Assembly (NCBI GenBank): GCA_001773575.1
Contig: MEXB01000012.1
Location: 1 to 59,122, forward strand
Source: Candidatus Adlerbacteria bacterium RIFOXYC1_FULL_48_26
Lineage (GTDB): Bacteria; Patescibacteriota; Minisyncoccia; Phycocordibacterales; SBAW01
Direction: 5' to 3'
Length of the DNA: 59,122 nucleotides
In this document: piece after piece, positions 18,634-30,803 of the stretch
How the letters are laid out: each line of letters begins with the position of its first letter
How positions within the stretch are numbered: position 1 is the first letter of the stretch
The notes under the pieces: model-generated
Told to the model about the DNA's origin: nothing
The model's database searches: none
Seen by the model: the letters and a program-made list of their open reading frames with translations, nothing else
Position numbers and translations under genes: made by a program

Positions 18634-18708
18634 AGCGGGGAAGAGCAGAAGTCGCTCGCCAGGCTCATAACCTGGAGGTCGTGGGTGCAAATCCCACCCC
18701 CGCAACCA
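18634..18708 (+). tRNA. initiator-like tRNA-fMet(CAT), atypical
   Basis: AGCGGGGAAGAGCAGAAGTCGCTCGCCAGGCTCATAACCTGGAGGTCGTGGGTGCAAATCCCACCCCCGCAACCA. Close to E. coli tRNA-fMet (CGCGGGG...CTCATAACC...CCCCGCAACCA). The 1-72 position is unpaired (A-A). Confidence 0.8.
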
Positions 18709-18716
18709 CGAAAAGC

Positions 18717-18750
18717 AAGAACCCCAAGCAAAAAACGCTTGGGGTTCTTT
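18717..18750 (+). terminator. rho-independent terminator after tRNA-fMet
   Basis: aagaaccccaagc / gcttggggttctt 13-bp stem, then a T-rich tail. Confidence 0.75.
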
Positions 18751-18804
18751 GCATCGTGGCCGCGCGATTGCGAAGCAATTCTGCGCCGCCGGTTTGGGCT
18801 AAAC

Positions 18805-19383
18805 TCAAATATAATCAAATTCCTCAAATACCCGGCGGTATTGTTCTATGGTTGCGTGTGCATCGCGCTCAGAAAGTGGAAAGGCTTCGCCTAAGTGGGC
18901 CAAAGCATTTCTCATACGGTGCGCCTCCCATGCAATATCTACGGTGGTGAATTGGAGTGGGTTCGCCATCTTGAGCTGGTCCCCTAGCGTGTTCCCAGGA
19001 TAACCCTTTTCGCTCAACATTTGCGAAAGCATAATGTCGGCATCTAAGATTGCGCGCCGCCAGTCACTCTCACTCGTCGAATGTGCCAACAAGACAATTC
19101 CATCCCATCGTGGGTTTTTTTGTTTCTCTTGAATATGCTCTGGCTCGTGATGTGCGTGTTGCATCATCTCCAAATGGTGGAAGCCATGGTGCTCGAACTG
19201 CTCCATGCGGATGCTCACATACACAATAAGTATAAGAAGAATAAATGCAGCACTAAGACCAACAACCACAACGGCAATAGCAATGTGTGTAAGTGTGAGG
19301 TACAGGTCACTTACTGCACCAGGAACACTTTGGCCAAAGGAAAATACACTCTGGAAGAAGCCGTAGAAATCGGGAGAGTACAT
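18805..19383 (-). CDS. hypothetical membrane protein
   Basis: 192 aa. TM helix IAIAVVVVGLSAAFILLILIVYV, a His-rich linker and a C-terminal helical domain. Confidence 0.6.
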   Translation of the reverse strand: MYSPDFYGFFQSVFSFGQSVPGAVSDLYLTLTHIAIAVVVVGLSAAFILLILIVYVSIRMEQFEHHGFHHLEMMQHAHHEPEHIQEKQKNPRWDGIVLLAHSTSESDWRRAILDADIMLSQMLSEKGYPGNTLGDQLKMANPLQFTTVDIAWEAHRMRNALAHLGEAFPLSERDAHATIEQYRRVFEEFDYI

Positions 19384-19401
19384 ACTCTTCTATTGTACGC
19401 C

Positions 19402-20796
19402 TTATTTGCTTTCTCCAAGAAGTGCTTTGCCCACACGAAGAAGTGCGGCTTCATCGCCATGCGCTGCAGTGAGTTGGATGCCGACGGGGAGTCCATCTAC
19501 GAGCCCGGCAGGAATAGAAATTGCAGGGTTACCAGTTAAGTTTGCTGGCACGGTAAAGATGTCTGCCAAGTATGCAGAGAGCGGATCTTCTTTCTCCCCT
19601 ATCTTCCATGCAACGTCTGGCATTGTCGGCGTCATGATTACATCAACATCTTCAAATGCTGTTTCAAATTCTTTGCGAAGTTGTTCACGCGCAAGCCCTG
19701 CCTTCCCGTAATACGCATCATAGTAGCCGGCTGAGAGAACATAGGTGCCAAGAAGAATACGGCGGCGGGTTTCTGGACCAAAGCCTTCCGCGCGGCTTTT
19801 TGCGTAATCTTCTGCAAGAGAATCTCCTTTCAATGCAAGGCCATAGCGTACGCCATCAAAACGTGAAAGGTTTGATGACACTTCTGCAAAGTTTGTTATG
19901 TAGTAGGTAGCGAGAGCAAATTTAAGCGAAGGAAGAGAAATACTTTTTACGGTATAACCCTGCGCCTCTAATTCTTTGCGTTTTGCGTTTTCAATCTCAG
20001 AGACCTTGCTCTCAGCCAAACCCTCAACAACGCCAATTACTTTTTTCTCTGAATGTTTTGGGTAAAGATTTCCATCAATGGAAGTAGAGTCGAACTGATC
20101 TTTACCTTGGATGGTGCTTAGAATTATTTCAGCATCTTCAACAGTTTTTGCTATTGGGCCTACTTGGTCAAAAGAAGAAACTGCGGCAATGACACCGAAG
20201 CGAGATACGCTGCCGTAGGTCGGCTTGAGCCCCACTACTCCACAGAAGCTTGCGGGGTTGCGCACCGAGCCTCCTGTGTCAGTTCCGAGCGCACCAAGCG
20301 CCATGTGTGCGGCAACAGCGGCAGCCGAGCCACCAGAAGTACCTCCGGCTACGCGGCTTTCATCGTGAGGGTTTTTGGTTGGGCCAAATGCAGAATTTTC
20401 TGTGGAGCCACCAAGCGCAAACTCGTCCATATTGGTGCGGCCCAAAAATACAGCGCCTGCTTCTTTAAGTTTTTTAATTACCGTTGCATCGTATGTTGCA
20501 ACATAGTTTTCAAGCATCCGACTTGAAGCAGATGCGCGCTTTCCTTTAATTAAGATATTGTCTTTGATCGCAAGCGGAATACCAAGGAGTGGATGGCTCT
20601 CCCCTGCCTTGCGGCGCTCATCGGCCATACGCGCCTGCTCTTCAACATCATTAAATACTTCCAAATATACATTTAGGTCTTTATTTCTTTTTTCTATCTC
20701 TGCCAAACATGCACGCGCCAAGTCTACTGCAGTAATGTCTCCAGCTTGTAGCTTTGCAGCTGCCTCTTGTATTGAAAGCTCGTTGAGGTTACTCAT
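19402..20796 (-). CDS. gatA: Asp/Glu-tRNA(Asn/Gln) amidotransferase subunit A
   Basis: 464 aa. Amidase signature GGTSGGSAAAVAA. Downstream of and overlapping gatC. Confidence 0.95.
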   Translation of the reverse strand: MSNLNELSIQEAAAKLQAGDITAVDLARACLAEIEKRNKDLNVYLEVFNDVEEQARMADERRKAGESHPLLGIPLAIKDNILIKGKRASASSRMLENYVATYDATVIKKLKEAGAVFLGRTNMDEFALGGSTENSAFGPTKNPHDESRVAGGTSGGSAAAVAAHMALGALGTDTGGSVRNPASFCGVVGLKPTYGSVSRFGVIAAVSSFDQVGPIAKTVEDAEIILSTIQGKDQFDSTSIDGNLYPKHSEKKVIGVVEGLAESKVSEIENAKRKELEAQGYTVKSISLPSLKFALATYYITNFAEVSSNLSRFDGVRYGLALKGDSLAEDYAKSRAEGFGPETRRRILLGTYVLSAGYYDAYYGKAGLAREQLRKEFETAFEDVDVIMTPTMPDVAWKIGEKEDPLSAYLADIFTVPANLTGNPAISIPAGLVDGLPVGIQLTAAHGDEAALLRVGKALLGESK

Positions 20797-21088
20797 CTTT
20801 TTGAATTATTTTGCGTACAGAATTGTAGTCTTTTTCTTTTTTCGGGAAAGCGTCAACAATCGCATTACGTGCGTCCTTCAATGCAGAACCCTCCTCATAG
20901 GGGACGTCATCACGCATTACGTTATGGTTGAGAGGCACGTTTTTATCCGCACTTCCCTCTATAGCAGAAACCTGCCCCACATAGTCCAAGATATTGGAAA
21001 TATCCTTCTGAAGAGACTCAGTTTCTGCCTCAGTAAGCTTAATTCGCGACAATTCCGCAAGCTTCTGTATGTCTTCTTTTGAAATCAC
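20789..21088 (-). CDS. gatC: Asp/Glu-tRNA amidotransferase subunit C
   Basis: 99 aa. L..L.R..L...E......L..IL.YV pattern. Overlaps the gatA start by 8 nt. Confidence 0.85.
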   Translation of the reverse strand: MISKEDIQKLAELSRIKLTEAETESLQKDISNILDYVGQVSAIEGSADKNVPLNHNVMRDDVPYEEGSALKDARNAIVDAFPKKEKDYNSVRKIIQKDE

Positions 21089-21097
21089 CCCTCAATA

Positions 21098-24687
<3,590 letters not shown>

Positions 24688-24690
24688 ACA

Positions 24691-25275
24691 TTATTGCCAA
24701 TTGAGCAAAGCGTCCCGCAACTCAAGTGAACGCAAACTACCTCCAATATCTCTCCACTGCACCACCACCCTGATATCTGCCTCATTTACATTGCCACCAG
24801 GCGATGGCGTGGTAACTGAAACTGATCTAGAGAATATCGTCGGTGTGTTCCCTGCTGTTGCGTATGTGTAGTTACCACCTGAAGCATTGTAGTAGAGAAG
24901 TGTAGAAGCGCATTGGGTAAGCGACGTACCACACAGTGTTACCTGGTCTGCGAGCGAGTCTACGGTGCAGAAATTTCCTCCCGTGCATGTCGCCTGCCCA
25001 CCCGTAATATTTGTCGTATGACTGTTTGAAGTACCATTAAGGCCAGCAAGCCAGTTCTGGTTATTAAGTCTATTTGTGTCACGAATAAAGTGTATATACT
25101 CAAGCGCATCTTGGGCGAGGAGCCCTGCCATGACCTGGTCACGAGCAGTAAGTGTGAGCTGTAAGCCTTTTGCCGCAATAGTAAGAGGTCCTGTAATAGC
25201 GATAGCCAATATCAAAACAGCTAGCAATGTTTCGACAAGAGTGAACCCTCTATTTTTTTTGTTTCTAGAGATCAT
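24691..25275 (-). CDS. type IV pilin-like minor pilin/pseudopilin
   Basis: 194 aa. Prepilin motif NRGFTLVETLLAVLILAI. Confidence 0.8.
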   Translation of the reverse strand: MISRNKKNRGFTLVETLLAVLILAIAITGPLTIAAKGLQLTLTARDQVMAGLLAQDALEYIHFIRDTNRLNNQNWLAGLNGTSNSHTTNITGGQATCTGGNFCTVDSLADQVTLCGTSLTQCASTLLYYNASGGNYTYATAGNTPTIFSRSVSVTTPSPGGNVNEADIRVVVQWRDIGGSLRSLELRDALLNWQ

Positions 25276-25861
25276 ATAGGCGTTGTGTGACGGAGGTCTG
25301 CACGTTGAACGAAGAAGTTACTCCACCTTTAACGGTTACGTAGCCGCCGATAAGTATTTCCACCTTAGGTTGCACACTCAGCGATTGCGATCCTATTGTT
25401 TGCACACCTTGGGGGGCGCCTATTACATAAAACTTCAACGAAGTAATTATTATGTCTGGAGATGTAATAGCAGAAAATGTTGACCCGCCATTTTGCGAAC
25501 GAAGGATGCAGCCGGCTACGCTATTGGGACACCCTGCTCCACTGTTGTACTTATACACAACAACTTGCGAAGACAGCGTCGCGCCGCTTGGGAGGAAAGC
25601 AAACTGCGTACCGTGTGTGGACGCGCAGTCTTGAACAGCGGTCAGAGTTCCTGTGCCGCAATGATACTGCGAGCCGGTGCGGATTGCGCGCGCCATACTA
25701 TCTATAGAAGAGTTGAAGTTGTTTGTTGCTTGAGAAAGCAGCTCTGCCCTTCTGTTCGCTTCCGAAAGCGACAACAATGCACCAAGCGCAACCACCATCA
25801 CCACACTGAAGATGGCGACGGAGACTAGCATTTCAATAAGTGTAAAGCCGCGGTTACTCAT
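25265..25861 (-). CDS. type IV pilin-like minor pilin/pseudopilin
   Basis: Start at the ATG at 25861 (MSNRGFTLIEMLVSVAIFSVV). It overlaps the upstream stop by 4 nt. I rejected the track's 5' extension. Confidence 0.8.
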   Translation of the reverse strand: MSNRGFTLIEMLVSVAIFSVVMVVALGALLSLSEANRRAELLSQATNNFNSSIDSMARAIRTGSQYHCGTGTLTAVQDCASTHGTQFAFLPSGATLSSQVVVYKYNSGAGCPNSVAGCILRSQNGGSTFSAITSPDIIITSLKFYVIGAPQGVQTIGSQSLSVQPKVEILIGGYVTVKGGVTSSFNVQTSVTQRLYDL

Positions 25862-26493
25862 GGCAATGTTCCTGGCGGCTGTACTGTGATTTGTCCAGGA
25901 GTAGTAACGAGCACACTGCGCGTAGTGCCGTTTGCGGACCGCACCTGAATCCACGCGCTCACATAGCCAGTGTTGTTGTTAAATAGAGCATCTGGATTTG
26001 GACGTCTAAATTGTATATCCACTGAATCTACCGTATATACACCCGCCGTATCATTCGAACCTGTACAATTTTTCACTCCACTAGATTGCACTACGCATGC
26101 CTCAGGTATGGTGTAACCAGGACTTAGTGTAAACACCTTAACGGCTTCCCCGTTATCATACCCACCGTTTCTATTAAAATCCGCATATAGGATATATGTG
26201 TTGGTTATGTTTCTCTGAAAATAAAGTCCGTACGCTGTGGCATACGTGACAGTGCCTCCATTATTAGTACCGAGAACACTCACACCGTATACCTGCGCCT
26301 GGCGAACAGAGAGCGCAACGCCGTACGTGACACTACGAAGCACTGTTGTGCTGTCGAAACTAGACTGTCGCAACAGCATTGTAAGCGTAATGATGGTGAT
26401 GATAACGGTAACCGCAAGAAGTTCAATAAGCGTAAACCCCCGAGGAGATTTAGCTTTAGAAGAAAATCGCAATGTGTGAGAAAAGATCGACAT
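25858..26493 (-). CDS. type IV pilin-like minor pilin/pseudopilin
   Basis: [20 protein letters not shown] prepilin motif. The start is uncertain (ATG at 26493 or TTG at 26472) and overlaps the end of pilD. Confidence 0.75.
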   Translation of the reverse strand: MSIFSHTLRFSSKAKSPRGFTLIELLAVTVIITIITLTMLLRQSSFDSTTVLRSVTYGVALSVRQAQVYGVSVLGTNNGGTVTYATAYGLYFQRNITNTYILYADFNRNGGYDNGEAVKVFTLSPGYTIPEACVVQSSGVKNCTGSNDTAGVYTVDSVDIQFRRPNPDALFNNNTGYVSAWIQVRSANGTTRSVLVTTPGQITVQPPGTLP

Positions 26494-27259
26494 GGAAAAA
26501 ATAGCAGACCGCGGCACCCAACGCTAAGAATGGCGCGAAAGGAAGCTCACTCCTCATTGTAAACCCCCATTTGGACTTTCGCGAAGATGCTGTGGGGGTA
26601 AGGCGCGCAACAATTCGTTCCACAACGATCAAAATCACACCAATGAGGGCGCCGCTCCAGATAGCTATCATCAACGCACTGAGGCCTAGTGTTAAACCGA
26701 GCAACCAACCCAGCGAAAGTTCGAACACTCCATCCCCCCACCCCATCCACATACCTTGTGAGATAAGCGAGACAAATAAAAGAGGTGCTGCGAGTGCAGG
26801 ACCGGCAAAGAGTTGCTCTAGAGGCACGCTCTGGTTTGCGAATATGTATAGAAGAGAAAGACCTATGAGGAGAAGCGAGCAAGACCAAGGGATAACAGTG
26901 TGTCTAATATCGTATACAACGATAAAAAGTATAAGCATCCAGACAAAGAACCAGAATGCATACATAAGTATGGACGGGTTGGTGAGATATACGCCCAAAG
27001 AAAGCACGCCTGCAACTATCTCAACAAGCGGATACTGAATTGAAATATGTACCCCGCAATAACGACATCGGCCGCCTAACAGTACATATGAGAGTACGGG
27101 CACAAGATCAAGCGCTGAAAGCGTGTGGCCGCAGCGCATGCAGCGCGAACGCCCATGCATAATGCTTGTGCCAGTATGAAAACGAAATGACAGCGCATTC
27201 AAAAAACTCCCTGCAATAAGCCCAAGTCCGATTGAACCTAGTATGAATGTAAGACTCAT
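26456..27259 (-). CDS. pilD: prepilin peptidase (A24 family)
   Basis: 267 aa, polytopic. CMRCGH...CRYCG zinc motif. Catalytic Asp contexts VVYDIRH and GWGDGV. Confidence 0.9.
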   Translation of the reverse strand: MSLTFILGSIGLGLIAGSFLNALSFRFHTGTSIMHGRSRCMRCGHTLSALDLVPVLSYVLLGGRCRYCGVHISIQYPLVEIVAGVLSLGVYLTNPSILMYAFWFFVWMLILFIVVYDIRHTVIPWSCSLLLIGLSLLYIFANQSVPLEQLFAGPALAAPLLFVSLISQGMWMGWGDGVFELSLGWLLGLTLGLSALMIAIWSGALIGVILIVVERIVARLTPTASSRKSKWGFTMRSELPFAPFLALGAAVCYFFHVDLFSHIAIFF

Positions 27260-27807
27260 TAGTTCGTGACGTCGAAACAGTTGTCAGCGCCGCCAGCCGC
27301 AGCAGTAGTGCCGACACAGCTCGCAGCTGCACCGTTGAAGTCAGCCTTTTGACTGCCGGTGCACACATCAGATGTATCAACAGCTGAGTCTGCATCTTGC
27401 GCGACAGCACTGTTGGCTTCCATCACAGCACCGAGATGGTATCGAGACGCATGACTTGAGGCACACGAAGTGCCTCCCCCATCGTAGTTAAGTGCTGAAT
27501 ACGGGTAACAGCTTGATTGGGTTCCGTTGGTACAGACAGTTGCATTGTTCGGGTCGTACGGAATAGTTTGCATGTATGAAGGGCTGTGGAATGTCGTGTC
27601 GCTGTAGATGTTGAGGGGGTAGTAGAGGTTTGCGCTGTAGAATTGCTCGAGCGATAACTGGATGTTTTTAATATCAGAAATGCGTCTTGCGTCACGAGCC
27701 TTTTGACGCGCAACAGTAAGGTTCACCATAACAATCGAGGCCAAGATACCAATGATTGCAATAACAACCAAGAGTTCAATGAGGGTGAAGCCGCGTGACA
27801 ATTTCAT
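27259..27807 (-). CDS. type IV pilin
   Basis: 182 aa. [26 protein letters not shown] class III signal. C-terminal Cys pairs. Confidence 0.88.
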   Translation of the reverse strand: MKLSRGFTLIELLVVIAIIGILASIVMVNLTVARQKARDARRISDIKNIQLSLEQFYSANLYYPLNIYSDTTFHSPSYMQTIPYDPNNATVCTNGTQSSCYPYSALNYDGGGTSCASSHASRYHLGAVMEANSAVAQDADSAVDTSDVCTGSQKADFNGAAASCVGTTAAAGGADNCFDVTN

Positions 27808-27824
27808 GCCCTAAGTATACAAGC

Positions 27825-27853
27825 AAAACTTCCGCTTCGACAGCGGAAGTTTT
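27825..27853 (-). terminator. intra-operon terminator/attenuator after the first pilin gene
   Basis: aaaacttccgc / gcggaagtttt 11-bp stem with a 7-nt loop and a U-tract on the minus strand. Lies between the two pilin genes. Confidence 0.7.
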
Positions 27854-27874
27854 GCGTATGTGAACAATGAGAGA

Positions 27875-28384
27875 TTAACAACCCGCCATGACACCAGACC
27901 CAGTACTGCTATTAACACTTGCTCTGCCGGTTGGTATAGAACCTGACCCCGACTCAAGATATGTACAGATTTTGAAGTTTTGAGTTGTAGCGCCTGCACC
28001 CGGTGCTGTACCAGCAGCCGTATTGGTTCCGATAACATATTGGCAAGGAGCGACAGACCCGACTGCACAGACGGTTCCAGCTGTACCCACGGTAGGGTCT
28101 GCATATGCAGCAAAGTTTATAGGAGATGGGCCTGTGCAGGTATTTGCCTTAGCGCTCGCGCCTGTGCAGGTAGCAATTGCAACAGGTGGATCAGTGTCAG
28201 CAAGAGCTATTGCCTTTGCCATTTCCTGAAGAGATGCTACACGTTGTGCATCGCGACCTTTTGCGCGAGCGCTGTTAAGAGACACGAGAACGATAGATGC
28301 CAAGATACCGATAATTGCGATAACAACCAAAAGTTCGATAAGGGTAAAGCCCTTAGCTGCCTTTTTAGTAAAAAATGTGTTCAT
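27875..28384 (-). CDS. pilA: type IV pilin (probable major pilin)
   Basis: 169 aa. [26 protein letters not shown]. Followed by its own terminator, as is typical for a highly expressed major pilin. Confidence 0.88.
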   Translation of the reverse strand: MNTFFTKKAAKGFTLIELLVVIAIIGILASIVLVSLNSARAKGRDAQRVASLQEMAKAIALADTDPPVAIATCTGASAKANTCTGPSPINFAAYADPTVGTAGTVCAVGSVAPCQYVIGTNTAAGTAPGAGATTQNFKICTYLESGSGSIPTGRASVNSSTGSGVMAGC

Positions 28385-28508
28385 GCGTACAGATAAATTT
28401 TAATAATTAAACGCTTTAATAGCTCGGCGTTCTCCCACAAGTATAGCTTGGGGCAAATAAAGCCCTTCGTGGACTATGGGGATAACTGCCTGCCTAGGCG
28501 GGCTCAAG

Positions 28509-29723
28509 CTAGATGCTTGTAGTGCTGTTGTAGATAGGGAGCAAGACTGCAGCCAAGAGGAAGCCGACGCCTAAGGCGAGAGCCACGATAAGAGCCGGTT
28601 CAATAAGGGACACAAGGGCATCTACGGAGGCGTTCACTTCGCGGTTATAGAACTTGGCCATACGCTCAAGGATACTTCCCAACTCCCCTGTTTCTTCACC
28701 GATACGGAGCATTTGAACAAGGATTGCCGGAATTTCAGCTGGGTAATGGCTCAAAGTCTCAGACATTGAGTGTCCGGCTTTCACGTTTTCAAGCGCATCA
28801 AGCAAAATATGTTCGTACACTTTGTTTTCGACCACGCTCGCAGTAATTTCGAGTGAACGAACAGCGCTGATACCTGAGGTAAGCATTACGTGCATGTTGT
28901 CTGCAAAGCGCGAAAGATAAAGTTTTCGGTACAAATCTCCTATATATGGAACGGAGAGCTTGAGCTGGCTGCCCAGGTACTGACCTTTTTCAGTTTGAAG
29001 GTATCGGACAAAGAAAAAGCCGCCGATGATAATCGCAATAAGGACGAAGATGCCGTAGTCGGTTAAGAAATGGCTTAAATTGAGAATGACTTCCGTCAAA
29101 AATGGCAATTCTTGGCCGCTCTCCTCCAATATAGCGCCGAGCTTTGGAATAACAACCGTGAGCATCAGTGTCATCACGGAAACGAAGGTAAAGATAATGA
29201 AGCCTGGGTAGATAAGTGCATTTTTTGCCTTACCTGCCAATTCATATGAACGGTCAATATAATCGGCCAAGAAGAGGAAAGTTTGGTCGAGCTTACCGGA
29301 CTCCTCCCCAGAACGAACCATGTTGACGTAGAAATCGGAAAAAACTTTTGGATGTCTTGCGAGCGCTTTTGAAATCGACGTGCCGCTTTGAAGGTCATCC
29401 CCCACTACTGTAAGTGCGTTTCGCAACATCGGTTTAGTAGACTGTTCTGCCAACAAGCGGAAGATGCGAAGCGCTGACACCTGCGCTTCAAAGAGCGTTG
29501 CCAACTGACGAGACAAGAGCACGATATCGCGGCTGGATACACCTCCAAAGAGTGTGATGTTGTTAAGAGAGAACGCTCCCTGACTGTTAACTGGGGAAAT
29601 TGTCGTGAGGGTAAAACCTCTACGCTGAAGAGCCTCTACAGCCGCATCCTGCGTAGGCGCATTAGCAACGCCGCTTTGCGTCTTTCCTTGTTGGTCGAGT
29701 GCTTCGTATTTAAATTCTGTCAT
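28509..29723 (-). CDS. pilC: type IV pilus platform protein PilC (GspF family)
   Basis: 404 aa. Two T2SSF repeats and three TM helices. Confidence 0.9.
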   Translation of the reverse strand: MTEFKYEALDQQGKTQSGVANAPTQDAAVEALQRRGFTLTTISPVNSQGAFSLNNITLFGGVSSRDIVLLSRQLATLFEAQVSALRIFRLLAEQSTKPMLRNALTVVGDDLQSGTSISKALARHPKVFSDFYVNMVRSGEESGKLDQTFLFLADYIDRSYELAGKAKNALIYPGFIIFTFVSVMTLMLTVVIPKLGAILEESGQELPFLTEVILNLSHFLTDYGIFVLIAIIIGGFFFVRYLQTEKGQYLGSQLKLSVPYIGDLYRKLYLSRFADNMHVMLTSGISAVRSLEITASVVENKVYEHILLDALENVKAGHSMSETLSHYPAEIPAILVQMLRIGEETGELGSILERMAKFYNREVNASVDALVSLIEPALIVALALGVGFLLAAVLLPIYNSTTSI

Positions 29724-29728
29724 AAAGA

Positions 29729-30790
29729 TTACAAGAGGCGTTCAAGATTCTTAGGATTTGTGGCGCGGGAGTATGCACTTTCGATTGTTATCTCTCCCAT
29801 TCGCACCATTTCAGCAAGCGAACGGCTCATGTCTATCATCCCCTCGCTTGAACTTGTTTCAATCACCGTTTGTATTTCATGTGTGCGCTTCTCGCGGATA
29901 AGGTTCGCAACAGCTGGAGTGTTTATAAGCAACTCACATACCGGCACAAGCCCACCTGAAATGCGAGGCACGAGACGCTGAGAGAAAATCCCTGCGAGCG
30001 ACGATGCGAGCTGTATGCGGATCTGGTCTTGTTGGCTTGAAGGGAACGAGTCGATGATGCGGTCGATGCTCTGCGCCGCATCGTTTGTGTGTAGCGTTGA
30101 GAAGACTAGGTGACCAGTTTCAGCTGCTGAAACTGCTGCTGACATAGTTTCTGGCGTACGCATTTCCCCTATCATAATGACGTTAGCGTCTTGGCGGAAT
30201 GCGCTGCGAAGCGCTGTGTCGAAGTCTTTTGTGTCGATTCGCACTTCTCGCTGCTCTATCAAAGATTTTTTATTTTCATACAAATATTCGATCGGGTCTT
30301 CAATGGTGATGATGTGTTCTGTGCGCTCCTGGTTTATTTTTTCAATCAGTGCTGCAAGTGTTGTTGTTTTACCCTGCCCGATTGGCCCCACGACAAGGAA
30401 AAATCCTTGTGTACGCGCCGTAAATGTTTCAAGCACTGGAGGGAGGCCCAGTTCTGCAATAGTTCGGATTGTTTTTGGAATAAGACGTAACGCAACACCA
30501 ACATGACCTCGTTCAAAGTAGGCATTGCCGCGGAAACGCACCTTGTCACCATAGGCGTATGAAAAGTCGATCTCTTGGTCCTGTAGGAATCTTTCTTTGA
30601 AAGCTGGAGTCATCATTACAGAGAGCAGCCCCATGACATCGTCATTGGTCAATTTTGGTTCTGAAAGTACTGGTGTAAGTGCGCGCGCAACTCGGATAAC
30701 AGGCTGAACACCCACTCCCAAGTGAAGGTCCGACGCGCCTTGCGCTATAAGCATCTCGATAAGCTGCGCTAATTTCTTGGTGTAATCCAT
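29729..30790 (-). CDS. pilT: twitching-motility retraction ATPase PilT
   Basis: 353 aa. Walker A GPIGQGKTT, Asp box, GEMRTPET and FSTLHTNDA. Confidence 0.9.
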   Translation of the reverse strand: MDYTKKLAQLIEMLIAQGASDLHLGVGVQPVIRVARALTPVLSEPKLTNDDVMGLLSVMMTPAFKERFLQDQEIDFSYAYGDKVRFRGNAYFERGHVGVALRLIPKTIRTIAELGLPPVLETFTARTQGFFLVVGPIGQGKTTTLAALIEKINQERTEHIITIEDPIEYLYENKKSLIEQREVRIDTKDFDTALRSAFRQDANVIMIGEMRTPETMSAAVSAAETGHLVFSTLHTNDAAQSIDRIIDSFPSSQQDQIRIQLASSLAGIFSQRLVPRISGGLVPVCELLINTPAVANLIREKRTHEIQTVIETSSSEGMIDMSRSLAEMVRMGEITIESAYSRATNPKNLERLL

Positions 30791-30803
30791 CGCGGGTCAA
30801 AAA

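Noticed and set aside
18609-18827. 72-aa minus-strand ORF
   Set aside because: It covers the initiator tRNA and its terminator.
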